Below the pieces are notes generated by a model. It had not been told where the DNA came from and made no database searches. It saw only the letters and a list, made by a program, of their open reading frames with translations. DNA of 64,000 bases, from NCBI GenBank assembly GCA_019828565.1, contig JAHDYR010000012.1, forward strand, positions 806,001 to 870,000. The letters are read 5' to 3'. Within the stretch, counting starts at the first letter, position 1. Each line of letters begins with the position of its first letter. The position numbers were made by a program, and so were the translations under genes. Positions 32,416 through 46,200 of this stretch are shown here, piece after piece. Origin of the DNA: Carpediemonas membranifera BICM. Its lineage: Eukaryota; Protista; Fornicata.

Positions 32416-35400
32416 ATACACCGAGCTGAAGAGCTACAGCCGGCACATCTCCTAGATCGCTAGTGCCTGGGTAGCACTAACGATTAAGCCAATCTCCCGG
32501 TGATACCGTCCCAACTCATTGCTCTGGGTCGGGTCCATTCTTCGAAAATGGGCGCCCCTTGAAATCATGAGTTGGGATGCTCTGGACTAATGTCTGGATG
32601 AATCGTTAGGGCTCATAGTGGACTATATGCACAGGTGCGGAATCTCCCTAAATGCATCAACTGATTGAGTTCTGAAAATGTGATTTTTGAATTCCGCCAT
32701 ACACCGAGCTGAAGAGCTACAGCCGGCACATCTCCTAGATCGCTAGTGCCTGGGTAGCACTAACGATTAAGCCAATCTCCCGGTGATACCGTCCCAACTC
32801 ATTGCTCTGGGTCGGGTCCATTCTTCGAAGATGGGCGCCCCTTGAAATCATGAGTTGGGATGCTCTGGACTAATGTCTGGCTGAATAGTTAGGGCTCCTA
32901 GTGGACTATATGCACAGGTGCAGAATCCCCCTAAATGCATCAACTGATTGAGTTCTGAAAATGTGATTTTTGAATTCCGCCATACACCGAGCTGAAGAGC
33001 TACAGCCGGCACATCTCCTAGATCGCTAGTGCCTGGGTAGCACTAACGATTAAGCCAATCTCCCGGTGATACCGTCCCAACTCATTGCTCTGGGTCGGGT
33101 CCATTCTTCGAAGATGGGCGCCCCTTGAAATCATGAGTTGGGATGCTCTGGACTAATGTCTGGCTGAATCGTTAGGGCTCCTAGTGGACTATATGCACAG
33201 GTGCGGAATCCCCCTAAATGCATCAACTGATTGAGTTCTGAAAATGTGATTTTTGAATTCCGCCATACACCGAGCTGAAGAGCTACAGCCGGCACATCTC
33301 CTAGATCGCTAGTGCCTGGGTAGCACTAACGATTAAGCCAATCTCCCGGTGATACCGTCCCAACTCATTGCTCTGGGTCGGGTCCATTCTTCGAAAGATG
33401 GGCGCCCCTTGAAATCATGAGTTGGGATGCTCTGGACTAATGTCTGGCTGAATCGTTAGGGCTCCTAGTGGACTATATGCACAGGTGCGGAATCCCCTAA
33501 ATGCATCAACTGATTGAGTTCTGAAAATGTGATTTTTGAATTCCGCCATACACCGAGCTGAAGAGCTACAGCCGGCACATCTCCTAGATCGCTAGTGCCT
33601 GGGTAGCACTAACGATTAAGCCAATCTCCCGGTGATACCGTCCCAACTCATTGCTCTGGGTCGGGTCCATTCTTCGAAGATGGGCGCCCCTTGAAATCAT
33701 GAGTTGGGATGCTCTGGACTAATGTCTGGCTGAATCGTTAGGGCTCCTAGTGGACTATATGCACAGGTGCGGAATCCCCCTAAATGCATCAACTGATTGA
33801 GTTCTGAAAATGTGATTTTTGAATTCCGCCATACACCGAGCTGAAGAGCTACAGCCGGCACATCTCCTAGATCGCTAGTGCCTGGGTAGCACTAACGATT
33901 AAGCCAATCTCCCGGTGATACCGTCCCAACTCATTGCTCTGGGTCGGGTCCATTCTTCGAAGATGGGCGCCCCTTGAAATCATGAGTTGGGATGCTCTGG
34001 ACTAATGTCTGGCTGAATCGTTAGGGCTCCTAGTGGACTATATGCACAGGTGCGGAATCCCCCTAAATGCATCAACTGATTGAGTTCTGAAAATGTGATT
34101 TTTGAATTCCGCCATACACCGAGCTGAAGAGCTACAGCCGGCACATCTCCTAGATCGCTAGTGCCTGGGTAGCACTAACGATTAAGCCAATCTCCCGGTG
34201 ATACCGTCCCAACTCATTGCTCTGGGTCGGGTCCATTCTTCGAAAGATGGGCGCCCCTTGAAATCATGAGTTGGGATGCTCTGGACTAATGTCTGGCTGA
34301 ATCGTTAGGGCTCCTAGTGGACTATATGCACAGGTGCGGAATCCCCCTAAATGCATCAACTGATTGAGTTCTGAAAATGTGATTTTTGAATTCCGCCATA
34401 CACCGAGCTGAAGAGCTACAGCCGGCACATCTCCTAGATCGCTAGTGCCTGGGTAGCACTAACGATTAAGCCAATCTCCCGGTGATACCGTCCCAACTCA
34501 TTGCTCTGGGTCGGGTCCATTCTTCGAAAATGGGCGCCCCTTGAAATCATGAGTTGGGATGCTCTGGACTAATGTCTGGCTGAATCGTTAGGGCTCCTAG
34601 TGGACTATATGCACAGGTGCGGAATCCCCCTAAATGCATCAACTGATTGAGTTCTGAAAATGTGATTTTTGAATTCCGCCATACACCGAGCTGAAGAGCT
34701 ACAGCCGGCACATCTCCTAGATCGCTAGTGCCTGGGTAGCACTAACGATTAAGCCAATCTCCCGGTGATACCGTCCCAACTCATTGCTCTGGGTCGGGTC
34801 CATTCTTCGAAAATGGGCGCCCCTTGAAATCATGAGTTGGGATGCTCTGGACTAATCTCTGGCTGAATCGTTAGCGCTCCTAGTGGACTATATGCACAGG
34901 TGCGGAATCCCCCTAAATGCATCAACTGATTGAGTTCTGAAAATGTGATTTTTGAATTCCGCCATACACCGAGCTGAAGAGCTACAGCCGGCACATCTCC
35001 TAGATCGCTAGTGCCTGGGTAGCACTAACGATTAAGCCCATCTCCCGGTGATACCGTCCCAACTCATTGTGCTGGGTCGGGTCCATTCTTCGAAAATGGG
35101 CGCCCCTTGAAATCATGAGTTGGGATGCTCTGGACTAATGTCTGGCTGAATCGTTAGGGTTCCTAGTGGATTATATGCACAGGTGCGGAATCCCCCTAAA
35201 TGCATCAACTGATTGAGTTCTGAAAATGTGATTTTTGAATTCCGCCATACACCGAGCTGAAGAGCTACAGCCGGCACATCTCCTAGATCGCTAGTGCCTG
35301 GGTAGCACTAACGATTAAGCCAATCTCCCGGTGATACCGTCCCAACTCATTGCTCTGGGTCGGGTCCATTCTTCGAAAATGGGCGCCCCTTGAAATCATG

Positions 35401-38400
35401 AGTTGGGATGCTCTGGACTAATGTCTGGCTGAATCGTTAGGGTTCCTAGTGGATTATATGCACAGGTGCGGAATCCCCCTAAATGCATCAACTGATTGAG
35501 TTCTGAAAATGTGATTTTTGAATTCCGCCATACACCGAGCCGAAGAGCTACAGCCGGCACATCTCCTAGATCGCTAGTGCCTGGGTAGCACTAACGATTA
35601 AGCCAATCTCCCGGTGATACCGTCCCAACTCATTGCTCTGGGTCGGGTCCATTCTTCGAAAATGGGCGCCCCTTGAAATCATGAGTTGGGATGCTCTGGA
35701 CTAATGTCTGGCTGAATCGTTAGGGTTCCTAGTGGACTATATGCACAGGTGCGGAATCCCCCTAAATGCATCAACTGATTGAGTTCTGAAAATGTGATTT
35801 TTGAATTCCGCCATACACCGAGCCGAAGAGCTACAGCCGGCACATCTCCTAGATCGCTAGTGCCTGGGTAGCACTAACGATTAAGCCAATCTCCCGGTGA
35901 TACCGTCCCAACTCATTGCTCTGGGTCGGGTCCATTCTTCGAAAATGGGCGCCCCTTGAAATCATGAGTTGGGATGCTCTGGACTAATCTCTGGCTGAAT
36001 CGTTAGCGCTCCTAGTGGACTATATGCACAGGTGCGGAATCCCCCTAAATGCATCAACTGATTGAGTTCTGAAAATGTGATTTTTGAATTCCGCCATACA
36101 CCGAGCCGAAGAGCTACAGCCGGCACATCTCCTAGATCGCTAGTGCCTGGGTAGCACTAACGATTAAGCCAATCTCCCGGTGATACCGTCCCAACTCATT
36201 GCTCTGGGTCGGGTCCATTCTTCGAAAATGGGCGCCCCTTGAAATCATGAGTTGGGATGCTCTGGACTAATGTCTGGCTGAATCGTTAGGGTTCCTAGTG
36301 GATTATATGCACAGGTGCGGAATCCCCCTAAATGCATCAACTGATTGAGTTCTGAAAATGTGATTTTTGAATTCCGCCATACACCGAGCCGAAGAGCTAC
36401 AGCCGGCACATCTCCTAGATCGCTAGTGCCTGGGTAGCACTAACGATTAAGCCAATCTCCCGGTGATACCGTCCCAACTCATTGCTCTGGGTCGGGTCCA
36501 TTCTTCGAAAATGGGCGCCCCTTGAAATCATGAGTTGGGATGCTCTGGACTAATGTCTGGCTGAATCGTTAGGGTTCCTAGTGGATTATATGCACAGGTG
36601 CGGAATCCCCCTAAATGCATCAACTGATTGAGTTCTGAAAATGTGATTTTTGAATTCCGCCATACACCGAGCCGAAGAGCTACAGCCGGCACATCTCCTA
36701 GATCGCTAGTGCCTGGGTAGCACTAACGATTAAGCCAATCTCCCGGTGATACCGTCCCAACTCATTGCTCTGGGTCGGGTCCATTCTTCGAAAATGGGCG
36801 CCCCTTGAAATCATGAGTTGGGATGCTCTGGACTAATGTCTGGCTGAATCGTTAGGGTTCCTAGTGGATTATATGCACAGGTGCGGAATCCCCCTAAATG
36901 CATCAACTGATTGAGTTCTGAAAATGTGATTTTTGAATTCCGCCATACACCGAGCCGAAGAGCTACAGCCGGCACATCTCCTAGATCGCTAGTGCCTGGG
37001 TAGCACTAACGATTAAGCCAATCTCCCGGTGATACCGTCCCAACTCATTGCTCTGGGTCGGGTCCATTCTTCGAAAATGGGCGCCCCTTGAAATCATGAG
37101 TTGGGATGCTCTGGACTAATGTCTGGCTGAATCGTTAGGGTTCCTAGTGGATTATATGCACAGGTGCGGAATCCCCCTAAATGCATCAACTGATTGAGTT
37201 CTGAAAATGTGATTTTTGAATTCCGCCATACACCGAGCCGAAGAGCTACAGCCGGCACATCTCCTAGATCGCTAGTGCCTGGGTAGCACTAACGATTAAG
37301 CCAATCTCCCGGTGATACCGTCCCAACTCATTGCTCTGGGTCGGGTCCATTCTTCGAAAATGGGCGCCCCTTGAAATCATGAGTTGGGATGCTCTGGACT
37401 AATGTCTGGCTGAATCGTTAGGGTTCCTAGTGGATTATATGCACAGGTGCGGAATCCCCCTAAATGCATCAACTGATTGAGTTCTGAAAATGTGATTTTT
37501 GAATTCCGCCATACACCGAGCCGAAGAGCTACAGCCGGCACATCTCCTAGATCGCTAGTGCCTGGGTAGCACTAACGATTAAGCCAATCTCCCGGTGATA
37601 CCGTCCCAACTCATTGCTCTGGGTCGGGTCCATTCTTCGAAAATGGGCGCCCCTTGAAATCATGAGTTGGGATGCTCTGGACTAATGTCTGGCTGAATCG
37701 TTAGGGTTCCTAGTGGATTATATGCACAGGTGCGGAATCCCCCTAAATGCATCAACTGATTGAGTTCTGAAAATGTGATTTTTGAATTCCGCCATACACC
37801 GAGCCGAAGAGCTACAGCCGGCACATCTCCTAGATCGCTAGTGCCTGGGTAGCACTAACGATTAAGCCAATCTCCCGGTGATACCGTCCCAACTCATTGC
37901 TCTGGGTCGGGTCCATTCTTCGAAAATGGGCGCCCCTTGAAATCATGAGTTGGGATGCTCTGGACTAATGTCTGGCTGAATCGTTAGGGTTCCTAGTGGA
38001 TTATATGCACAGGTGCGGAATCCCCTAAATGCATCAACTGATTGAGTTCTGAAAATGTGATTTTTGAATTCCGCCATACACCGAGCCGAAGAGCTACAGC
38101 CGGCACATCTCCTAGATCGCTAGTGCCTGGGTAGCACTAACGATTAAGCCAATCTCCCGGTGATACCGTCCCAACTCATTGCTCTGGGTCGGGTCCATTC
38201 TTCGAAAATGGGCGCCCCTTGAAATCATGAGTTGGGATGCTCTGGACTAATGTCTGGCTGAATCGTTAGGGTTCCTAGTGGATTATATGCACAGGTGCGG
38301 AATCCCCCTAAATGCATCAACTGATTGAGTTCTGAAAATGTGATTTTTGAATTCCGCCATACACCGAGCCGAAGAGCTACAGCCGGCACATCTCCTAGAT

Positions 38401-41400
38401 CGCTAGTGCCTGGGTAGCACTAACGATTAAGCCAATCTCCCGGTGATACCGTCCCAACTCATTGCTCTGGGTCGGGTCCATTCTTCGAAAATGGGCGCCC
38501 CTTGAAATCATGAGTTGGGATGCTCTGGACTAATGTCTGGCTGAATCGTTAGGGTTCCTAGTGGATTATATGCACAGGTGCGGAATCCCCCTAAATGCAT
38601 CAACTGATTGAGTTCTGAAAATGTGATTTTTGAATTCCGCCATACACCGAGCCGAAGAGCTACAGCCGGCACATCTCCTAGATCGCTAGTGCCTGGGTAG
38701 CACTAACGATTAAGCCAATCTCCCGGTGATACCGTCCCAACTCATTGCTCTGGGTCGGGTCCATTCTTCGAAAAATGGGCGCCCCTTGAAATCATGAGTT
38801 GGGATGCTCTGGACTAATGTCTGGCTGAATCGTTAGGGTTCCTAGTGGATTATATGCACAGGTGCGGAATCCCCCTAAATGCATCAACTGATTGAGTTCT
38901 GAAAATGTGATTTTTGAATTCCGCCATACACCGAGCCGAAGAGCTACAGCCGGCACATCTCCTAGATCGCTAGTGCCTGGGTAGCACTAACGATTAAGCC
39001 AATCTCCCGGTGATACCGTCCCAACTCATTGCTCTGGGTCGGGTCCATTCTTCGAAAATGGGCGCCCCTTGAAATCATGAGTTGGGATGCTCTGGACTAA
39101 TGTCTGGCTGAATCGTTAGGGTTCCTAGTGGATTATATGCACAGGTGCGGAATCCCCCTAAATGCATCAACTGATTGAGTTCTGAAAATGTGATTTTTGA
39201 ATTCCGCCATACACCGAGCCGAAGAGCTACAGCCGGCACATCTCCTAGATCGCTAGTGCCTGGGTAGCACTAACGATTAAGCCAATCTCCCGGTGATACC
39301 GTCCCAACTCATTGCTCTGGGTCGGGTCCATTCTTCGAAAATGGGCGCCCCTTGAAATCATGAGTTGGGATGCTCTGGACTAATGTCTGGCTGAATCGTT
39401 AGGGTTCCTAGTGGATTATATGCACAGGTGCGGAATCCCCCTAAATGCATCAACTGATTGAGTTCTGAAAATGTGATTTTTGAATTCCGCCATACACCGA
39501 GCCGAAGAGCTACAGCCGGCACATCTCCTAGATCGCTAGTGCCTGGGTAGCACTAACGATTAAGCCAATCTCCCGGTGATACCGTCCCAACTCATTGCTC
39601 TGGGTCGGGTCCATTCTTCGAAAATGGGCGCCCCTTGAAATCATGAGTTGGGATGCTCTGGACTAATGTCTGGCTGAATCGTTAGGGTTCCTAGTGGATT
39701 ATATGCACAGGTGCGGAATCCCCCTAAATGCATCAACTGATTGAGTTCTGAAAATGTGATTTTTGAATTCCGCCATACACCGAGCCGAAGAGCTACAGCC
39801 GGCACATCTCCTAGATCGCTAGTGCCTGGGTAGCACTAACGATTAAGCCAATCTCCCGGTGATACCGTCCCAACTCATTGCTCTGGGTCGGGTCCATTCT
39901 TCGAAAATGGGCGCCCCTTGAAATCATGAGTTGGGATGCTCTGGACTAATGTCTGGCTGAATCGTTAGGGTTCCTAGTGGATTATATGCACAGGTGCGGA
40001 ATCCCCCTAAATGCATCAACTGATTGAGTTCTGAAAATGTGATTTTTGAATTCCGCCATACACCGAGCCGAAGAGCTACAGCCGGCACATCTCCTAGATC
40101 GCTAGTGCCTGGGTAGCACTAACGATTAAGCCAATCTCCCGGTGATACCGTCCCAACTCATTGCTCTGGGTCGGGTCCATTCTTCGAAAATGGGCGCCCC
40201 TTGAAATCATGAGTTGGGATGCTCTGGACTAATGTCTGGCTGAATCGTTAGGGTTCCTAGTGGATTATATGCACAGGTGCGGAATCCCCCTAAATGCATC
40301 AACTGATTGAGTTCTGAAAATGTGATTTTTGAATTCCGCCATACACCGAGCCGAAGAGCTACAGCCGGCACATCTCCTAGATCGCTAGTGCCTGGGTAGC
40401 ACTAACGATTAAGCCAATCTCCCGGTGATACCGTCCCAACTCATTGCTCTGGGTCGGGTCCATTCTTCGAAAATGGGCGCCCCTTGAAATCATGAGTTGG
40501 GATGCTCTGGACTAATCTCTGGCTTAATCGTTAGCGCTCCTAGTGGATTATATGCACAGGTGCGGAATCCCCCTAAATGCATCAACTGATTGAGTTCTGA
40601 AAATGTGATTTTTGAATTCCGCCATACACCGAGCCGAAGAGCTACAGCCGGCACATCTCCTAGATCGCTAGTGCCTGGGTAGCACTAACGATTAAGCCCA
40701 TCTCCCGGTGATACCGTCCCAACTCATTGCTCTGGGTCGGGTCCATTCTTCGAAAATGGGCGCCCCTTGAAATCATGAGTTGGGATGCTCTGGACTAATG
40801 TCTGGCTGAATCGTTAGGGTTCCTAGTGGATTATATGCACAGGTGCGGAATCCCCCTAAATGCATCAACTGATTGAGTTCTGAAAATGTGATTTTTGAAT
40901 TCCGCCATACACCGAGCCGAAGAGCTACAGCCGGCACATCTCCTAGATCGCTAGTGCCTGGGTAGCACTAACGATTAAGCCAATCTCCCGGTGATACCGT
41001 CCCAACTCATTGCTCTGGGTCGGGTCCATTCTTCGAAAATGGGCGCCCCTTGAAATCATGAGTTGGGATGCTCTGGACTAATGTCTGGCTGAATCGTTAG
41101 GGTTCCTAGTGGATTATATGCACAGGTGCGGAATCCCCCTAAATGCATCAACTGATTGAGTTCTGAAAATGTGATTTTTGAATTCCGCCATACACCGAGC
41201 CGAAGAGCTACAGCCGGCACATCTCCTAGATCGCTAGTGCCTGGGTAGCACTAACGATTAAGCCAATCTCCCGGTGATACCGTCCCAACTCATTGCTCTG
41301 GGTCGGGTCCATTCTTCGAAAATGGGTGCCCCTTGAAATCATGAGTTGGGATGCTCTGGACTAATGTCTGGCTGAATCGTTAGGGTTCCTAGTGGATTAT

Positions 41401-43274
41401 ATGCACAGGTGCGGAATCCCCCTAAATGCATCAACTGATTGAGTTCTGAAAATGTGATTTTTTTGAATTCCGCCATACACCGAGCCGAAGAGCTACAGCC
41501 GGCACATCTCCCTAGATCGCTAGTGCCTGGGTAGCACTAACGATTAAGCCAATCTCCCGGTGATACCGTCCCAACTCATTGCTCTGGGTCGGGTCCATTC
41601 TTCGAAAAATGGGCGCCCCTTGAAATCATGAGTTGGGATGCTCTGGACTAATGTCTGGCTGAATCGTTAGGGTTCCTAGTGGATTATATGCACAGGTGCG
41701 GAATCCCCCTAAATGCATCAACTGATTGAGTTCTGAAAATGTGATTTTTGAATTCCGCCATACACCGAGCCGAAGAGCTACAGCCGGCACATCTCCTAGA
41801 TCGCTAGTGCCTGGGTAGCACTAACGATTAAGCCAATCTCCCGGTGATACCGTCCCAACTCATTGCTCTGGGTCGGGTCCATTCTTCGAAAAATGGGCGC
41901 CCCTTGAAATCATGAGTTGGGATGCTCTGGACTAATGTCTGGCTGAATCGTTAGGGTTCCTAGTGGATTATATGCACAGGTGCGGAATCCCCCTAAATGC
42001 ATCAACTGATTGAGTTCTGAAAATGTGATTTTTTTGAATTCCGCCATACACCGAGCCGAAGAGCTACAGCCGGCACATCTCCTAGATCGCTAGTGCCTGG
42101 GTAGCACTAACGATTAAGCCAATCTCCCGGTGATACCGTCCCAACTCATTGCTCTGGGTCGGGTCCATTCTTCGAAAATGGGCGCCCCTTGAAATCATGA
42201 GTTGGGATGCTCTGGACTAATGTCTGGCTGAATCGTTAGGGTTCCTAGTGGATTATATGCACAGGTGCGGAATCCCCCTAAATGCATCAACTGATTGAGT
42301 TCTGAAAATGTGATTTTTGAATTCCGCCATACACCGAGCCGAAGAGCTACAGCCGGCACATCTCCTAGATCGCTAGTGCCTGGGTAGCACTAACGATTAA
42401 GCCAATCTCCCGGTGATACCGTCCCAACTCATTGCTCTGGGTCGGGTCCATTCTTCGAAAATGGGCGCCCCTTGAAATCATGAGTTGGGATGCTCTGGAC
42501 TAATGTCTGGCTGAATCGTTAGGGTTCCTAGTGGATTATATGCACAGGTGCGGAATCCCCCTAAATGCATCAACTGATTGAGTTCTGAAAATGTGATTTT
42601 TGAATTCCGCCATACACCGAGCCGAAGAGCTACAGCCGGCACATCTCCTAGATCGCTAGTGCCTGGGTAGCACTAACGATTAAGCCAATCTCCCGGTGAT
42701 ACCGTCCCAACTCATTGCTCTGGGTCGGGTCCATTCTTCGAAAATGGGCGCCCCTTGAAATCATGAGTTGGGATGCTCTGGACTAATGTCTGGCTGAATC
42801 GTTAGGGTTCCTAGTGGATTATATGCACAGGTGCGGAATCCCCCTAAATGCATCAACTGATTGAGTTCTGAAAATGTGATTTTTGAATTCCGCCATACAC
42901 CGAGCCGAAGAGCTACAGCCGGCACATCTCCTAGATCGCTAGTGCCTGGGTAGCACTAACGATTAAGCCAATCTCCCGGTGATACCGTCCCAACTCATTG
43001 CTCTGGGTCGGGTCCATTCTTCGAAAATGGGCGCCCCTTGAAATCATGAGTTGGGATGCTCTGGACTAATGTCTGGCTGAATCGTTAGGGTTCCTAGTGG
43101 ATTATATGCACAGGTGCGGAATCCCCCTAAATGCATCAACTGATTGAGTTCTGAAAATGTGATTTTTGAATTCCGCCATACACCGAGCCGAAGAGCTACA
43201 GCCGGCACATCTCCTAGATCGCTAGTGCCTGGGTAGCACTAACGATTAAGCCAATCTCCCGGTGATACCGTCCC
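32416..43274 (+). repeat. Tandem array of a 283-bp unit, ~38.4 near-identical copies
   Basis: ATACACCGAG recurs at 32416, 32699, ...; no spacers; the last copy is cut at ACCGTCCC by an LTR element. Confidence 0.98.
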
Positions 43275-46200
43275 TGTGGTGGTCATAGACCACACTAATC
43301 ATTTATACAGTTTAAGCCATTTATTGGCACAAGGGTTTTCTCTTCTTATTTCCCTGTAAAAGCATTCTCCGCATTAGCGAGGCACATTAACGTTAATTCC
43401 CCGATCCCCCGTTGCTGAAGTCGCCAGATCTGAACGAACTGTTCATCTTTGTGGACAAGTTCAACGATTACCGCGCCTTAGGGGGCAAGCGAGACATTGA
43501 GAAGCTAATCGACAGCGAGGTTCGGGAGATGGTGACAGCAATCCTACCAGCGGACGATCTTGACGACGCGGAGGAAGAGATCCCTCTCCTCCTTAATCAA
43601 CATCATCGTGCCGCTCGCTCCAGAGCCCAGAAGGACCTCAAGATCATCAAGCGCCTAGGACGCGCTCTCAGACCTACTCAAGAAGTCAACAAGCTCCGTC
43701 TCTTTAGAATCACCGCCAAGGACTTCTCCCCAATCGAAGTTGCTCGAGTCAACAAGAAGTTCCGTATTACCATGGCAGTCGTCCAACCCGAGCTCCCCCT
43801 CGAGACACTACGCGACATATACGTTCGTTGTTTCAAGTTCGGATCCAACCAGACGATGTACCGCATCAAGGAGGTGATCCAGGACATGTCGCTAGAAGAT
43901 GCCATGCCGCGCGTTCTAGCCCTATCCAGAACAGTCCAAGAGAGCACCGCGATCGCCAACGCGTTCCAGGACAAGCCGTCCAACGCCGAGCACCACCACA
44001 CGAGCCGTAACTCCCACCGACGCAACGATCGCAAGCCTCAGTCACGTCCCACCGAAGACCGTTCGCATGCTACCAGACCTGAACACGCGTCGACTAAGCC
44101 TATCGACAAGAAGGGCAGGCGTGATCATTCACAGTTCACTTGCTATAACTGTGGTGGTAAGGGTCACGCCGTCTACGAGTGTAAGAAGCCCAAGAACAAG
44201 TGTCAGAAGTGCGGGAAGAGCGGACACCTTGACAGGTTCTGTAAATCCCCACAGTACTTGTCCTTGTTCTCGATGACTTCACACAAACGCAAAGATAGCC
44301 TACCTCTGTGCAAAGTTAAGGTCGAGGGTCGAGACGTCGTTGCCTTGATTGATTCGGGAGCCAACTGCTCCACTATATCCCCCAAGCTGACCAAGGGTAT
44401 GACGCGTATATCAGATGAAGAGCGAAGCGTGCGTACAGCCAAGGGAACTATACAGTCCCAAGGTTCCGTGCAAGGGAACATCAAACTCATGCCGTCAGCC
44501 TTTACACCTAAGGCAGTGTCCTTCAAGCCGGAGTTGATTGTGCTAGATACTGAGTTCGACGTCGTCCTGGGGTACCCCCACCTTGTCGAGTTGGGAATCC
44601 TCCCCGACGTGAACGTAGAGTCAGGGGAAGACTCGGACGAAGTCCAGGTCCCCGAAGCTTTCAAGCACAACGCTGCCATTTTTAGTCTATCCGACCAGTC
44701 GACCAAGAGTCAAGCCGAACTGATCAAGAGGTTCTCCGATCTATTCCAAGACCGGGACGAACCTAGCAGGCTAGAGCCGTACGACCTCGTTCTGAAGGAC
44801 GATCGGGTCGTGAACGCCAGACCTTACTATGTACCCCCAGCGAAGATACACGTCGTGAGAGAGCACATCGACACGCTGCTAGCCAAGAAATATATCGAGG
44901 CCTGCCAGTCACAATACGCTTCCCCAGCTATGACTGTGCCTAAGAAGGGAGGCAAGTCGCGTTTCGTAGTCGATTTCCGCCGTATTAACGAGCTTACTGA
45001 GCCGTTCGACTACCCCATCCCTCGTATCGACGAGGTGCTGTCACAGCTCGCAGGACAGAAGATCTTCGCGACTCTAGACCTGTCGTCCGGGTACCACCAG
45101 ATCCCTTTGACAGAACGATCAAGACCCCTGACTGCATTTACCACCGTACTAGGGCAGTATCAATACCGACGGATGCCTTTCGGGCTGCGCAACGCAGGAG
45201 CTCACTTCCAGAAGGCCATGGAGCGCGCCTTCGCCGGGCTCGTGGGCAGCTCATGTTACATTTACATCGACGATATTATTGTCTTCGGCAGCGACGAGGC
45301 CGAATATCTCGCGAACCTCGAAAGAGTCCTGGACCGTGCGCGTAAGGTCAAGCTCCAGCTCAATCGCGAGAAATGCCAATTCGGCAGGCAGGAGGTCGAG
45401 TTCTTAGGTTGGGTTGTCAATGATGGGCAGGTGAGCATCGCACCCAGCCGTGTAGACGACATCGCAAATCTCCAGATGCCGACATCCATCAAGGGCATGC
45501 AGGGCCTAGTAGGATTCCTCAACTATTTCCGGGATCACATCCCCCATTTTGCGGAAATCGGACACCCGTTAATCAACGCTATGTCCGGTCACACAAGTCT
45601 CGGCCTGACCGCCCAGCAGGAGGCCCTCGATAAGCTCAAGCAGAGCCTTACCTCCGCTGACGCCCTAGCAATTTTCGACGCCACGAAGGAGCATTCTATA
45701 ATGACCGACGCCTCGGGAGTGGGGTACGGCGCAGTCCTATTGCAAGAGGGCAAGCCTGTCTGTTACATGTCGAAGGCCTTCAACGCCACACAGTCTCGTT
45801 GGTCAACGATTGAGAAGGAGGCGTACGCCATTGTGGCGGCCTTGCAGCGCTGGCGCAAGTTCCTTGCCTGGGGACCTTTCTCCATACTCACTGACCACCG
45901 AAACCTTACCTTCATGTACCGTAGCATCAACCCGAAAGTCAGGAGGTGGGCCGATGCCATTTCCGACTTGGACTTTGAGATTAAGCACGTCGCCGGCCTG
46001 GACAATGGAGCCGCAGATGGTCTGTCCCGTGTGTTTACTATGTTCACTCGCAAAGCTACGACCGATGAGATTGAAGAAGCACACACCACCGCCGGCGCCC
46101 ATCTATCTCGACGACTAACGACCGAGAAGCTTAGAGCCGAAGGGTTGTCGGTGTCGAGAGCCGCAGTCGACCAGGTGATTGCAGCTTGCCCGGTGTGCCA

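Noticed and set aside
32426-32480. Second hammerhead using CTGAAGA before the GCTAC/GTAGC stem
   Set aside because: No GAAA follows the stem, and most copies read CCGAAGA
35152-35162. GTTAGGGTT as a telomerase template or telomeric repeat
   Set aside because: Single motif, absent from early copies and buried in a predicted stem
32416-43274. CRISPR array, or 5S rRNA, SL RNA, tRNA or SRP tandem genes
   Set aside because: No unique spacers or cas genes, and no recognisable 5S, tRNA, Sm-site or SRP helix-8 motifs in the unit
43275-43331. 20-bp or 57-bp LTR for element 1
   Set aside because: The later GGCACA at 43386 followed by a palindrome matches element 3's layout better; with no 3' LTR, none of the three can be confirmed
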